Shown: positions 11,455 to 23,879 of the stretch, in pieces | Numbering within the stretch: the first letter of the stretch is position 1 | Layout: every line of letters starts with the position of its first letter | NCBI GenBank assembly: GCA_013239625.1 | Contig: MU053520.1 | Location: 897,103-961,102, forward strand | DNA from: Lama guanicoe | Lineage: Eukaryota | Length of the DNA: 64,000 nt | Direction: 5' to 3' | Translations under genes and position numbers: made by a program | The notes under the pieces: model-generated | What the model was told of the DNA's origin: nothing | The model's input: only the letters and a program-made list of their open reading frames with translations | The model's database searches: none

Positions 11455-12915
11455 ACGTGCTGGCCCTGTGGGCTCTGGTGACACGCACGCGTGTCCATGC
11501 AGGGTTACTGGAGGACCTGTCTCAGGGGACCACAGGCGTCTTCTTCCTGGGAGTCCTCTTCTCAGCCATCTCCATCGCCACCTTCTGCACCTTCCTGGTG
11601 CTGGCCACCACTGGACACCACAGCCTCACACACCTCAACAGCCACAGCTGCCCCTCCTGTGTCCGGAGCTTCATTTCCTTCAAATGGGCCTTCCTGCGGG
11701 GCCTCTATGCCCAGCCGCTACTGGGATGACTTTGCTGACATCAGTATCCTCTGCTGTTTCTGACCAAGGGATGAGGCCTTTGCACCCAGCTGGTCCTCAG
11801 GACCTGGACTCAGCCTCTGAGATATTGTCCAGGCCTGCCCCACCCCCCGGGAGCCCCAGAACTGCAGAAAAGATACAGTGGGAGGATGGCAGCCTTCTGG
11901 GGAGTTGTCCCTTCCCCTCTGCGGGCGCCCTGTTTGCTGTGGAAAGGGATCCTGCCATGTTGCTTACCAGCCTGGCTAGAGGGCAGCTTTAGACCTTTAC
12001 AAATGGATCTATCTTCTTAGCACTCTGGGCAATCTTTGTAAGCAGGACCAGGGCAGCAGGCAAGAGCCGTGAGTCCTTGACCTGCTCCTGGTGGGAGGGG
12101 GCAGGGAGCAGGTGGTTTGGTACCTGCTGCCCCAGGCATTCTCCCTCAGGCCCGGGTGAGAACCCAGGGAGGTCAAGTCAAGTTAGGATCTCAAGCAGAA
12201 ACTTCTCAACCCCTACGCCAGCCCCACTAACCTGTTGTCCCCCACAGGTCAGGCAGCTGAACTCCTTGGTGCCAGGGACGGTGATACTGGCTCTCTTTTC
12301 CCAAGGCCTGGGGACTTGAGGGGGGAGTTCAGTGCCCCTCTTCCCACGCTGCTCCACTCAGAGCCAGTCTCCCTGTCACCACACAACCCAGAGCAGGATG
12401 CCCCAAATGAGGCCAAATTAAGGGTCTTGGGGAAGGTGCTCCTGCCCCCAGAAGGGCTTTGGGAAGAGGCAGCAAGAGGTGGGCTGGAAGGAACCCTCAA
12501 ACCTGCACCTGGTGTCTCCAACCCTACTTTTCCACTCAGCCTTCTCATGCCCATCCCTCCTCATACCCAGATCACCTCTGACCAGGAGACACCTCCCCTC
12601 CTCCTGCCTCCGTCCTTCAGCTAGAGCATTTATCATTTTAAATCTCTTTTCCCAAGGACAAAACCTGCTTTACTCCCTATGCACTGGCCCAAGGGCTTAC
12701 TTAACTAGAGAGAGAAGGGGCTACATATGTCTTTTTATTGTAGGTTACCATTATGCTTGGTGTACCTCCTTCCCACCGGATGTGTCCTGCCCCTCAGCTC
12801 TTTGCCTAATCTGTGTCACTGTCACTGTAGCAGAAATACAGTGGCCATTTGTATCAAACACACACAAACACACAAATAGCTCTCTCCTTGTAACTGTTTA
12901 GTAAAGTCACTCACC
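11455..12915 (+). pseudogene. SLC48A1: Processed pseudogene of heme transporter HRG1 (partial CDS 11455-11763 plus probable 3' UTR)
   Basis: Joining two frames gives VLALWALVT / MQGYWRTCLRG / [49 protein letters not shown] / [15 protein letters not shown]. This matches HRG1 as I recall it ([84 protein letters not shown]). At least 3 frameshifts, no intron. GC-rich sequence continues to ~12.9 kb; the 3' boundary is inferred. Confidence 0.93.
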
Positions 12916-14530
12916 AGGAAAGAAACAAGTAGCTTCTTATTAGCCTAAGCAAGTCTGGTAAGAAAGACTGAATAACCATTGGCGTCCACCAAGAAAGAAT
13001 TGCATTTGAGTGAAGACCCAGGGTGGGTCTCCTGACAGGAAGAAGTGTTTCTCAGGCTTTCACAACACAGCTGAAAAATCTTGGATGGTAACATTGGGCA
13101 TCTTCAGGATTTGGGAAGCTGCCATTGAGATCAACATTGGTTTTTCAAGGATGGTGCTCTGGAGTTAGTAGTTAGCTCTGCCCTAAAAAAAAAAAAAAAC
13201 AGACAGGTGTACCGGAAAACAGATACTGACAAACTCAGTACAACACAGATGACACTGCAGCACCAAGAAGGGCAAAGACTAGCCTGTGGTGTCAGGGAAA
13301 GCTTCCTGTAGGACAACATAGTTGGAAGATGATAAAAAAGATCAGACAGACAGCACAGGAAAGCATCTCAGCCAAGCATATAACAAAAGCAAAGTTCTTT
13401 CCAATGTATATATTCAAACTGTAAAATATTCAGAAGAAAATCACATAATAAATTTGGTTCTGTTAACAGATTTCTCAGCACTGACTAGGAAGGAGAGTTT
13501 TGTATTTCTCACTCTCTCCCTGGAAATCTCACCCGTCACTCTTATCTTTCCCTAGTTTTTCCCTTTCTCATCTTTAGGTCTCAGGTTAAAAGGCCAAATA
13601 GTCAAACAACCTTCATTTGAAAAGATTTCCTGACCACTCAGATCTGAAGTCTGAGCCGTGCATTTCCATGGCAACCTCTCTTGTCTTCATCAGTGTTTAT
13701 TATAATATAAATTTGCCTCTTTCCTTTTCCTGCCATTCTCCAGATGTTTAAGTTACGTGGGGGCAGAGCCTGTCTCTGTCTTGTTTATTTTCACATTTTT
13801 TACATTTATGATACATATCATGTAGTCCATAAATATACCAAATGAACTAGTGAATAGATGTATGGGTATAAAATTGCATGAATATGAGTGTACACTTCTG
13901 TCCCTCCTTACACACACACACACACACATATCTACAGTGAATTAATTATTCCTTTTATTTTAAGTATCTCTTGTGTTTCTGGCATTTTCCTAATGTTCCA
14001 AGTAGGAAATTAAGTTACACAAAGTGGGAGCAGCAAACCAGTCAATTATTGGAATGTCTTACTAGACAGGTTCTTCGTGATAGGGAACAGTTATTGAAAC
14101 CATCTAAGAGCACTGTACTAGTTTAAGGATTAAACTGGTGCAAAATTGGGGCTTTAAAAATGTGCTGATTGAGCTCTACATTGACTGTGTGGCTGAAATC
14201 ATGGGTTTTAAAGGGCCCTGACTGCATCAATTAGAGTGATGAATTCAGACTTAGGGACTTGAGTACAGGAGATGTCTTCTTTCCCTCTCTCCCAGCATCA
14301 TAGCATCAATGAACTAAAGCTCTGTTCACTGGAAAGTTCATTATATTCTTATATTCTATTTTCTATTTCACTGCTTTGGTCTTGTCTGAAGATATGGGTC
14401 TAGTTCCAAGGAGCCCCACTACCTGAAACATCTAAGAAAAAAGTAGCCACTTTGATGTAACTCTTTAAAAAAGAAAAAGAGTGTCTTGCTTAATAAGCTT
14501 TTCTTTCCCAGGAAGCAGACAGACACCCTG

Positions 14531-14543
14531 GTTACCAGGCAAC
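14531..14543. promoter_or_regulatory. RFX X-box-like motif
   Basis: GTTACC-A-GGCAAC fits GTNRCC(N0-3)RGYAAC; motif match only. Confidence 0.3.
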
Positions 14544-15677
14544 AGCCCATTTCTCATAACCAACGAGTACCATGTCGCACATCGTAAACTGCAGAAGTAT
14601 CAATACGCTGCTCTTCCTGAGGATGAACAAAGACTTAGAAGTGACAGTGATAAAAGCTTGTCAGCAAAAGCGGGTGAGGGCACTCAGATGAAGGATAATA
14701 AATAGACCATCTGGCATATGAGTGGAAGGAATGGTTGGGAATCTTTCCTCACTCTAGCTGAGGATCTGTAAACAGCGTTTTGTCAGCATGTCCTAGAGCT
14801 CAGCTCTTCACTTGGTGGCAAGGACTGTTGCCAGTGAGCGAACCGCCAGACATCTGAACAGCTGTGAGGAATTTTCCTGTTAGTCTTGAATATGCGATGG
14901 GCATTGGATGACAAGATTGCTAAGTATCAAGACCCTCTTTGCATCTCCCCTGGGTACTATGGTCTGACAATTAAGCAAAGTGGGGTGCAGGTCTTGTAAC
15001 CTGGCTAATTTGTCTAGGTGCTATGCTCTGTGCACTGTGTTAATAGATAGTGGAAAGGAAGCACATTCCCCTCCCCCAATACTCAACACCCCTTCAGCTC
15101 AGAAATAATTTGTTTTCTCTTCCTGATGCTCTGCAGAGAATGTGTGAAACTGTGTTCTGTGTACTTTTGAGCAGGACTTGGTGAGCGTCCGGAAATAGGT
15201 CTCTGGAAGTGATGGGGGAGGTCCATCCAAGCAATATTTATGTGGAATACATTTTTCCCTACTATTTACAAAGGATGGAAATTTACTAGAAAAGAGGCAG
15301 CACGACCATAGCAATAGTCCTGAAACTTGAAGTCAGAGTAACTAGTTTGGGGTCTTTTCCCTGCTGTGTTCTGACATAAGCTGATGTTTGTGGGCAACAA
15401 ATGTAAATTCTCTCAGTCCCAATTGCCCTGTTTATCAAGTTCTGATAATGATGACAAATTTTAATAGTATTTTCATCCAGATAAGGAGAAATATAAAGGT
15501 CCCCACATAAGATGTAGGGATCTAGTGAAAATATAGGATAATAAAATGACATTATTAATAATAAAAATAGTGGATTTATTGCACTCATTATTATCAGCAC
15601 TATGGTATGCTTTAAATACATGATTTTATTTAGTCTTATAACAGCTGTGAAGGGAAAAGTCCTGTCCTGTCTCTCCC

Positions 15678-15684
15678 TACACAC

Positions 15685-15721
<37 letters not shown>
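15678..15721. repeat. (CA)n microsatellite
   Basis: About 20 CA units with one interruption. Confidence 0.95.
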
Positions 15722-15723
<2 letters not shown>

Positions 15724-16232
15724 CACTTCTGGCCACCAAGTGGGTGGGTCTTTTCCACCCACACCAAGCAATTCTCTGATACCAGCTGGATGTCCTCCAA
15801 TTTTACTCATTTCTGAAACTATTTACATGGAGTTAGTGTTAGATCCCATGATTAAGGTCTCAGTTCACAACACTTTCCCCGCTTTAGACACCAATCACAA
15901 GTCCAGAATGTCATTTGTGATTCTCACTGACCATCTGTAAATAGAAGGTCCGCACGATTCCCTCCTTGTGTTTAATCACTTGCTAGAAAAGTTTACAGAA
16001 CTCAAGAAAGTGGTTCATTTGCTAGATTAACAGTTTGTCATAAAGAATATAATTCAGGAACATCCAGAGTGGGAAGAAAGGCACAGAGCAACAGAAGAGG
16101 GAAGATTTCTCTAGCCATACCACCCTCCCAGTCCCGCCAAGCGTTTAGCAACTGGATGATCTCCAGAACTTGTGGTTTTTGGATTATTATGGAGACTTCA
16201 TTCTGCAAGCATCTGATTGATTAAGTCTTAGT

Positions 16233-16450
16233 GATATTTGCAGATATCAACTACTATATATAGAATAGATAGACAAGAAGTTTCTCCTGTCAGCACAGAG
16301 AATTATATTCAATATCTTGTAGTCACCTACACTGAAAAATAATATGAAAAGGAATATATGTATGTGTAGGTATGACTGAAACATTGTGCTGTGCACCAGA
16401 AATTGACAAAACTTTGTAAACTAATTATACTTCAATTAGAAAATAAAAAA
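16233..16450 (+). mobile_element. Short 5'-truncated camelid-type L1 3' end
   Basis: ...TGTGCTGTGCACCAGAAATTGACA...TATACTTCAATTAGAAAATAAAAAA; imperfect TSD AAGTCTTAG / AAGTTTTAG. Confidence 0.85.
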
Positions 16451-17029
16451 GTTTTAGCAATTAACTCAGCATCTATATCTGGCTCCTCTACTCACGTCTG
16501 CAGAGGTTGGGGGTTGAGGTGAAGAGTCCAACCCTCTAATGATGTGGTTAGTTTTCCTGGCAACCAGCTTCAATCAGGAGGCTACCCAGGAACCCCAAGT
16601 CACCAGTCATCTCATTAGCATAAAAAAGAAATACCACTTCATAGATTCCAGTGGTTTTAGGAGCTGTGTGTCAGAAAATGGGGACAAAGACCAAATATAT
16701 TTATATATTTCTAATTACAAATTGCACAACACTTAAGAAGTATGTACTAATAGTATTGCCAGTTTATAGATGAGGAACAGAGGCATAGTAACTTTCCCAT
16801 AAAGTCCCATTAAGTAACATTCCCAAGGTCTACATATCAGTGGATAGCAGATATTTGAACCCAAGCAGTCTGACTCCAGGACCTACACATTCTACCACCT
16901 TTTTTTTGGGAGGAGGCATTATTTTTGCTTTCCTAATCTTTTATAATACTTTTTGAAGCTACATTTCTTTATAAGCAGACAGAAGAATAAGTTACATTTT
17001 TTGCCACAGTGTTTCACATACAGTATCTG

Positions 17030-18787
17030 TAGACATACCTCACTTGATTGCACTTTGCTTTGTGTTCTTTCAGATAATGCATATTCTATATGTTGAAGTT
17101 TCTGGCAACCCAGCATCAAGCAAGTCTATTCGCACCATGCTTCCAAAGGCATTTGCTCACTTCAAGACTCTGTGTCCCATTTTGGTAATTCCCACAAGAT
17201 TGCAAAACTTTACAATGTTATTGCATTTCTCACAGTGATCTGTGACCAGTGATCTTTAATGTTTTGATTGTAATTGTCTGGGGTCACCATAAGCTACATC
17301 CAAATAAGGCAGTAAACTTAATAGACAGAGATTGCGTGTTCTGACTACTCCATGGACCACTGTTCCCCACCTCTCCCCTTCTCCTCTGTCCCCCCTAATC
17401 CCCAAGACATAATAATATTGAAATTAGGCCAATTTATAACTCTGCAATGTCTTCTAATTGTTCAAGTAGAAGGAAGAGTAACACATTTCTCACTTTAAAT
17501 CAATCACTAGAAATGATTGAGCTTAGTGAAGAAGGCATTTTGAAAGCTGAGACAGACCAAAAACTAGGACTCTTATGCCAGACAGCCAAGTCATGAATAC
17601 AAAGGAAACGTTGTTGAAGGAAATTAAAAGTTCTGCTCCAGTGGACACACAAATGATAAGAAAATGATGCAGCCTTATTGCTGATATGGAGAAGGTTTGA
17701 ATGGTCTGGATAAAAGATCAAACCAGCCACAACATTCTTTTAAGTCAAAGCCTAATGCAGAGCAAAGCCCTAACTCTCTTCAATTTTAAAAGGTTGAGAG
17801 AGGTGAGGAAGCTGCAGAAGGAAAGTTTGAAGCTAGCAGGGGTTGGTTCATGAGGTTGAAGGAAAGAAGACATCTCCATAACATAAAAGTGCAAGGTGAA
17901 GCAGTAGGTGCTAATATAGAAGCTGCAGCAAGTTATCCAGAAGATCTAGCTAAGATAACTCATGAAGGTGGCTACACTAAACAATAGATTTTTCAATGCA
18001 GACAAAACAGTCTTCTATTGGAAGAAGATGCCATCGAGGACTCTCATAGCTACAGAGGAGAAGACAATGCCCAGCTTTAAAGCTTCAAAGAACAGGCTCA
18101 CTCTCTTGTTAGGGGCTAAAGCAGCTGTTGACTTGACATTGAAGCCAATGTTCATCTATTATTTTGAAAATCCAAATCCTAGGGCCCTTAAATATGCTAA
18201 ATCTACTCTACTTGTGTTCTATAAATGAACAACAAAGCCTGGATGGCAGCACATCTGTTTACAACATGACTTACTGAATATTTTAAGCCTACTGTTGTGA
18301 CCTGCTGCTCAGAAAAAAGATTTATCTCAAAATATTCCTGCTCATTGTCAGTGTACCCGGTCACTCAAGAGGTCTTAGGGAGACATACAATGAGATTTAT
18401 GTTATTTTTTATGCCTGGTAGTACAACATCCATTCTGCAGCCACAGACCAAGGAGGAATTTCAACTTTCAAGTCTTATTATTTAAGAAATACATTTTGTA
18501 AAGTTACAGCTGCCATAGAGTGATTCCTCTGATGAATCTGGGCAAAGTAAGTTGAAAACCTTCAGGCAAGGATTCATCATTCTGGATACCATTAAGACCA
18601 TCATGATTCATTGGAAGAGGTCAAAATTTCAACAGAAACAAGAATTTGAAAGACATTAATACCAAACCTCATGGATGTCTTTGAGGAGTTCAAGACTTCA
18701 GGGGAAGATGGAGACTTGCCTTATTGTGACATTCTCTTTACTGAATTGGTCTGGAACCAAGTCTTCAATATCTTCGAGGTGTGCTTG
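17030..18787 (+). mobile_element. Tigger1 DNA transposon, internally deleted, decayed transposase
   Basis: Termini TAGACATACCTC... and ...GAGGTGTGCTTG|TA; transposase remnant [57 protein letters not shown]. Confidence 0.95.
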
Positions 18788-19594
18788 TATAGAATTTTTA
18801 AAATTTTACCTTGAAATAATTTTAACTTTACAAAAAAGTACAAAGATACTACAATGTTTCCATATTTTATTCACCAATAGTTTCCTTAATAATATATTAT
18901 ATAACCATGCACATTTGTCAAAACCAATAAATTAACAGTTGTACAACAATGTTAACTATGTATATACACACACACACACATCACACACACACACACAACA
19001 CACTTTTTATAATCTTTTATCTATTGACAGAGAAGAACTCAAGCAACTCCACTGGTGCAAAAATATGAACTTAGGCAAATCTATCTGGAAATTTCTCTCT
19101 GAGAAGCAAATGGAGACCACTTGAGGAGCTTGGCTTCTCCCATCTCATCTAATACAATCTCTGCTGATTGTCTTTAAATGTGGGCTATTAATTATGGCGA
19201 GAGAAAGTTGGGTGTAGCCCTGTGGCTCCTGTAAGACTTATTCTAGATGTACTCCCTTGGTCTGGGAATGTGTTCCTTCAAGCGTTGCTCTCAGGGCAGA
19301 GTGAGCAGCTCTTCCATTAAACAAGTTGGAGAACCAGGGCAAGGCCTGGGGGCTGTGTGTTATCTGTATGGCCCCATCACCCCAAAGGAATGTAGCCCCT
19401 AGAAAGGAGACCTTGCATCTGTGGCAAGACCCCTCTATTTTATAGGATTGTTACACGGATCACATGTGATGATTTATGCAAATGCACATTGTACTGCATC
19501 TGATTTTTGGTAATTGCTCAGAAAACTACTGAAATCTATGTTTAAAATGCCTAGGAAGAAAGTATGTTGATAGTATTATGTTTTTACTTCTTAA

Positions 19595-19736
19595 AATGTA
19601 GTCCATGGACTAGCAACCTGGGAAATTATTCAACTTGCCGAATCTCAGGCCTGCTGCAGATTTACTGAATCAGAATCTGCACATGAACAAAATTCTCAGA
19701 TGATTTGTATGTACATTAAGGTTTAAACAGCATTGA
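19595..19736. mobile_element. MER5A-like hAT MITE
   Basis: GAATCTCAGGCC...TACTGAATCAGAATCTGCAC..AACAAAATTCTCAGATGATTTGTATGTACATTAAGGTTT. Confidence 0.75.
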
Positions 19737-19769
19737 TATAAATGTACTTTCTTACTTTTCTACATGTGC

Positions 19770-20275
19770 TGTTATTTTTATTAGTACTCATCCCTACCCC
19801 TTGACATACAGCACCACCACCCACTCTTTTTTGACTCTTCTTTGCCCCAATCCACACTGAAGGCTGCTCAGAGAGAATATCAATTACACTTTAGTTTCAG
19901 GATGGATTCCACCAGTATAAGAGACCAGCAAGAAATAGGAGAGCAAGAGAAAGACATGAAGATATACTCCCATATCTTCTTCCCAATCCCATCTGTTGAG
20001 CTGCAGTTTTAACATAAGCAGCATCCTTAGACATCAGTTCCTCTCTAGCAGCCACCGCTCTGAGTTGGGCTCATGTAACATAACTTCTTCCCCATGAATC
20101 TTCCCGTTCCTGAGTTATAATGTGTCCCATTCTTGCTAGCACTTGAGAGCCTTCTCAGCCCTGTTGGTTATCTTACTTCTGCACAACCACTGGAAATAGT
20201 TACTTCACTGAACTTTACTTTCATAATTTCTTCCAAATGTGTCATATGTTTATTGTCATAATCAAGATTAATACA
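19770..20275 (+). mobile_element. Old LTR16-like ERVL LTR
   Basis: Degenerate match (CACCAGTATAAGAGACCAGCAAGAAATAGGAGAG...TGTGTCATATGTTT...GATTAATACA). Confidence 0.45.
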
Positions 20276-21677
20276 CTATGTATTCAGAATTGATAACTTT
20301 GAACTCTCTTAGCTTTGCTCTAAAAATTTTATACACTTTGCTTATTTGTACATCCAGACAATAAACATAAATTTTCTATTGCCTTGAAGTGTCAATTAGA
20401 AACATATACATGTTTAGGAAGCAGGACTTCTGGACTGCAGCACGTTCAAGATTACAGTTATCTTAAAAGGAAGGGAAGCATGTAAAAATCCTCTCTTCCA
20501 TTCTTACAGGACCAAATGTTGCTCCCAATCTTGATAAGGTCCTTCCTGCCTGACCCTACTTGTCTTAACCAAACTAAATTGTTGCCTTTTCCAATGATGC
20601 CACCTGCTTCTATCCTTTCTTTGTACTAAATGATAATTTGTATAGAAAACAAAAGGCTGTTGTATCAAGAGCCTTAAAAGAGTTCATCTCAAAATACACA
20701 CTTCCAGGAAATTTAGGTTAGGGAGCTAAAACTCTGTTTCCATGTAAAAGGATATTTTTCCAACACTTTAAAAATAATTAACACAGGAAAGAATGCCTGA
20801 TAGAAGGAAATGATTGATTCAAGTTTGGTAGATCTACATAATAAAATATTAAGCAGCCACTAAAAATTAACTTTTCAGACCATACTAAGTAGGTTACATA
20901 TATATCTCAACATAGATACGTCAATATAGATTGCAGTCCCTCTATTTACATGCATGTATGTATATATAGATATCTCACATACACATTAAAAAGACTAGAA
21001 AAACAGATCCAGATATAAACATACAAACACAAATGTTGATGATAATCATCCCCATACTCTTGGCAGTGGTTTCTCTACCTCCAAGTGTATTTTTGATATT
21101 TCATAGTTTGATATTTAATGTATTTAAACCTAAGCTGTGATGCACTAAGTAAAAATACGTATACTTGCTTTAAATCCATAACTCTTAACAGCCCACGTGC
21201 TACCAGCACTTCTGAAGATGAGTTCACTTAGTCGGACCATGTGAAATTGGATTGTGAAAAATTTCTTATTGTAGAAAATTGCAAAAATGAAAAACTTGCA
21301 AGTGGGAACATTAATAATCTGTTCCCAATTTACGTTTCTCCATTTCATGTGCTGGCTGGACCTTTTGTGAAGCAGTTGTCTGCTTTATGATCCAGCTGTT
21401 TCATTCCAGGTTGGTGCAGCATTCAGGTCAGATATGCATCAAACACTCTATTTGTAGATTTCATGTTTTATTTATGGTTATTGTTTTAGACATCATTTCT
21501 CCTATCTTTCGGCAGAATCCCTGTCAGAATGGTTCTTTAAAATAACAAAATAGTGTGAACAATAACAACTGTAGTTGGAATATTTTCCTCTGGGTAGTTG
21601 ACACTGCTGACAGGCAGTGAGGATTTTAGTTTGGCCTGAAGGCTAAATGTAAATAAAAATTTAAATGACTCAGTTGT

Positions 21678-21730
21678 TTATTATTATTATTATTATGATG
21701 ATGATGATGATTATTATTATTATTATTATG
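21678..21730. repeat. Compound (TTA)n(TGA)n(TTA)n microsatellite
   Basis: Read directly from the sequence. Confidence 0.95.
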
Positions 21731-22882
21731 CTCTGCCTGTGATAGAATTCTTTGTCACTTTAGCTTCCACAGGAAGAAGCTGACTTTATAACTTCCTGAT
21801 TTTATAACTGTTGATTTGTGATTTTGCAAGCCCCTCAGCCCATGGAATAAAGCTGTGAAATGCAGTAACACTGCATTTGTCGAGGGCTTTAGAGTTTACA
21901 GAAGTAATTTTATGTATTCTGTTTCTCCTGACACTTTAGGAGAATAAACAAAATTATTGTCTCCATTCTACAGATTAAAGAAACTGAGATTTAATTTAGT
22001 TGAAGGGCTTGCCTAAGCTTACCAGGCAATTGATGGAGCTGGTATTCAAACTAGTCAGTCAGCTCTTTAGGTTATAGATTTTTTACAACTGTGTGTTGCT
22101 ACATAGCTTCCCATTTGTAAAGTCCTGCAGCTCAGATCATTTTATAGTTGCTAATTACTGAAAATCAATAAATCACTGTTTTCTCCCATAGCTGGAAATT
22201 TGACAGCCCTATCCATTCAGAGAGGAATAGAGAAAAATAAGCTAAGTGAAGAGTCATAGTCACTAAACCACTCAAATTTTATAATCCTAAACTGTTTTGG
22301 AACTCTAAAGAATTCAGATTGTGCCATATTTTTATGCTCATCTCTGCAGAAGTGTTTCTGTTAAAGAAGTGTTTACAACAATTTTTTTTTAAATCCTTAA
22401 AGATACTCATTCACATGACATTCTATCAGGAAGCTTAAGTTTGCTAAGAAAATACTGTGTGGTTGTTTTTTATTGTTGTTGGTGTTTTTTTGTGTGTGTG
22501 AGATATGGATATGGGTAACAGTATCCTGATTTATATGTTTTGTAAGTCTAAATGTTCTTACAGCAAGTGTTCTTCAAATCTGGATGTTTCCTTTTTCTAA
22601 AGCTGAGAAGAGAACTTTGGATCGTGAGTGGCTGACACTGAAAGACACATTTTTGCTTACTGGCATCCTGCTTCATCTGAGCCAGACTGAAAGATCATCA
22701 AAGAGACAGTGATTAGTTTGTGCCAAAGCTGAGGGCTGTGCTGGCTTAATGTCAGTTTGAAGAGCTATGATGCCTTATATGGGAGAGAATGTTTTCTTTC
22801 TTTTCTGTGTGTGCTTTTCTCATTCTCAGACTTAATGTAAAACTTTTGGTTTTTATATTCCCCCAGTACCATAGTCCATTTT

Positions 22883-22960
22883 CTGTCCAGTTTAGATCAT
22901 AAGACAAGATGATGCAGGATACTGTCCAGTTTAGATCATAAGACAAGATGATGCAGGATG
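22883..22960. repeat. 39-bp tandem duplication (2 copies, 38/39 identical)
   Basis: CTGTCCAGTTTAGATCATAAGACAAGATGATGCAGGAT(A/G) twice. Confidence 0.97.
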
Positions 22961-23604
22961 TGAGGCGTGAGGAGGGCTGTGTCCCAGGTCTCAGTTGAGC
23001 CCCTGGGACGTGCCCCACCAAGTGTGGATCCTTGGCTTTCTGCAGGAAAGAATTCAAGTGCAAGCCACAGTTGATTAAAGGTATATTTATTTAGATAGAT
23101 ACATACCACATGGAGTATAAGGCAAGAGGAAGGCAAGAAAAGAGGTGTGGGAACTGAGTGCTCAGGTTAAAGTAAAGGTAAAGTATAGTAAAGGTTCACA
23201 CAGACAGAGTATGAATCGTCATCTAGGAGGAGGGAGCGATAAAGGGCTCTAGGCGTGGAGTTGTCAGTTTTTATGGGCTCAGTAGCTTCACATATCTACA
23301 AGTGGGACCATTCCAACTACCCTGGGGAAGGGGCTGGGATTCCCAAGAATTGGGCGATGGTCCATTCTTGGCCTTTTGCGGTTAACCTTGGGGCTGTCAT
23401 GGCACCTGTGGGCATGTTATTTGATCACACTGTTACAATGAGCATATAGTGAAGCTCAAGGTCTATTAGAAGTCAAACTTCTTAATCCTCAAGGCCAGCT
23501 AGGAGTTGAATCTTCCATCATTTTGGTGAATCTCCCACCATTATGATGTTAAATTGCTGTCACTCCTTGAGTGGCTGTGCCCTGCCCCCTTATATCCTGT
23601 CTCA
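22961..23604 (-). mobile_element. MER41-like ERV1 solo LTR
   Basis: Minus strand reads TGAGACAGGA...GAAGTTTGACTTCTAATAGACCTTGAGC...CCCAATTCTTGGGAATCCC...TTGAATTCTTTCCTGCAGAAAGCCAAGG; homologous to 43673-44063. Confidence 0.75.
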
Positions 23605-23879
23605 ATATGACCCTTCAATATTTTAAATTATCACTACTCTTTTCCAGTTGCTTCTCTATTATCACCACCATCCCTACCATCACACCACACCCTGTCCTTT
23701 CTCTTCACTGCCTGTATCACTGAGAAAAGTGACAAACTTCCTCAGCTTACTATATTTCATCTCCCACCCCTGCACCCTTAACTCAACAACACTCCCATAT
23801 CTCCTTCCTTTCTAGCTCCACAAAATAGTCAGTATTGACTGGAAAAAAATACGCAACCTAAAAATTGAGAGGTATGTTT

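Larger units (their letters stand above)
15646..16728 (-). mobile_element. MER21-like LTR containing a (CA)n tract and an L1 tail insertion
   Basis: CACTTCTGGCCACCAAG...CACCAAGCAATTCTCTGATACCAGCTGGATGTCCT...GGAGTTAGTGTTAGATCCCA; ends GACAAAGACCAAATATAT...GCACA. Confidence 0.8.

Noticed and set aside
10977..12901. Overlapping 130-180 aa ORFs
   Set aside because: By-products of the GC-rich pseudogene and its UTR; only the HRG1-matching segments are meaningful.
10968..13212. A15 tract at 13185-13199 as the retrocopy tail, with TSD CAGACACGTGTGC / CAGACAGGTGTAC
   Set aside because: Two mismatches, no poly-A signal before the tract, the tract sits in L2-like sequence, and the left site is not an L1 endonuclease-type target. 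Not excluded, but unsupported.
22883..22960. CRISPR-like repeat
   Set aside because: Two adjacent copies with no spacer, in mammalian DNA.
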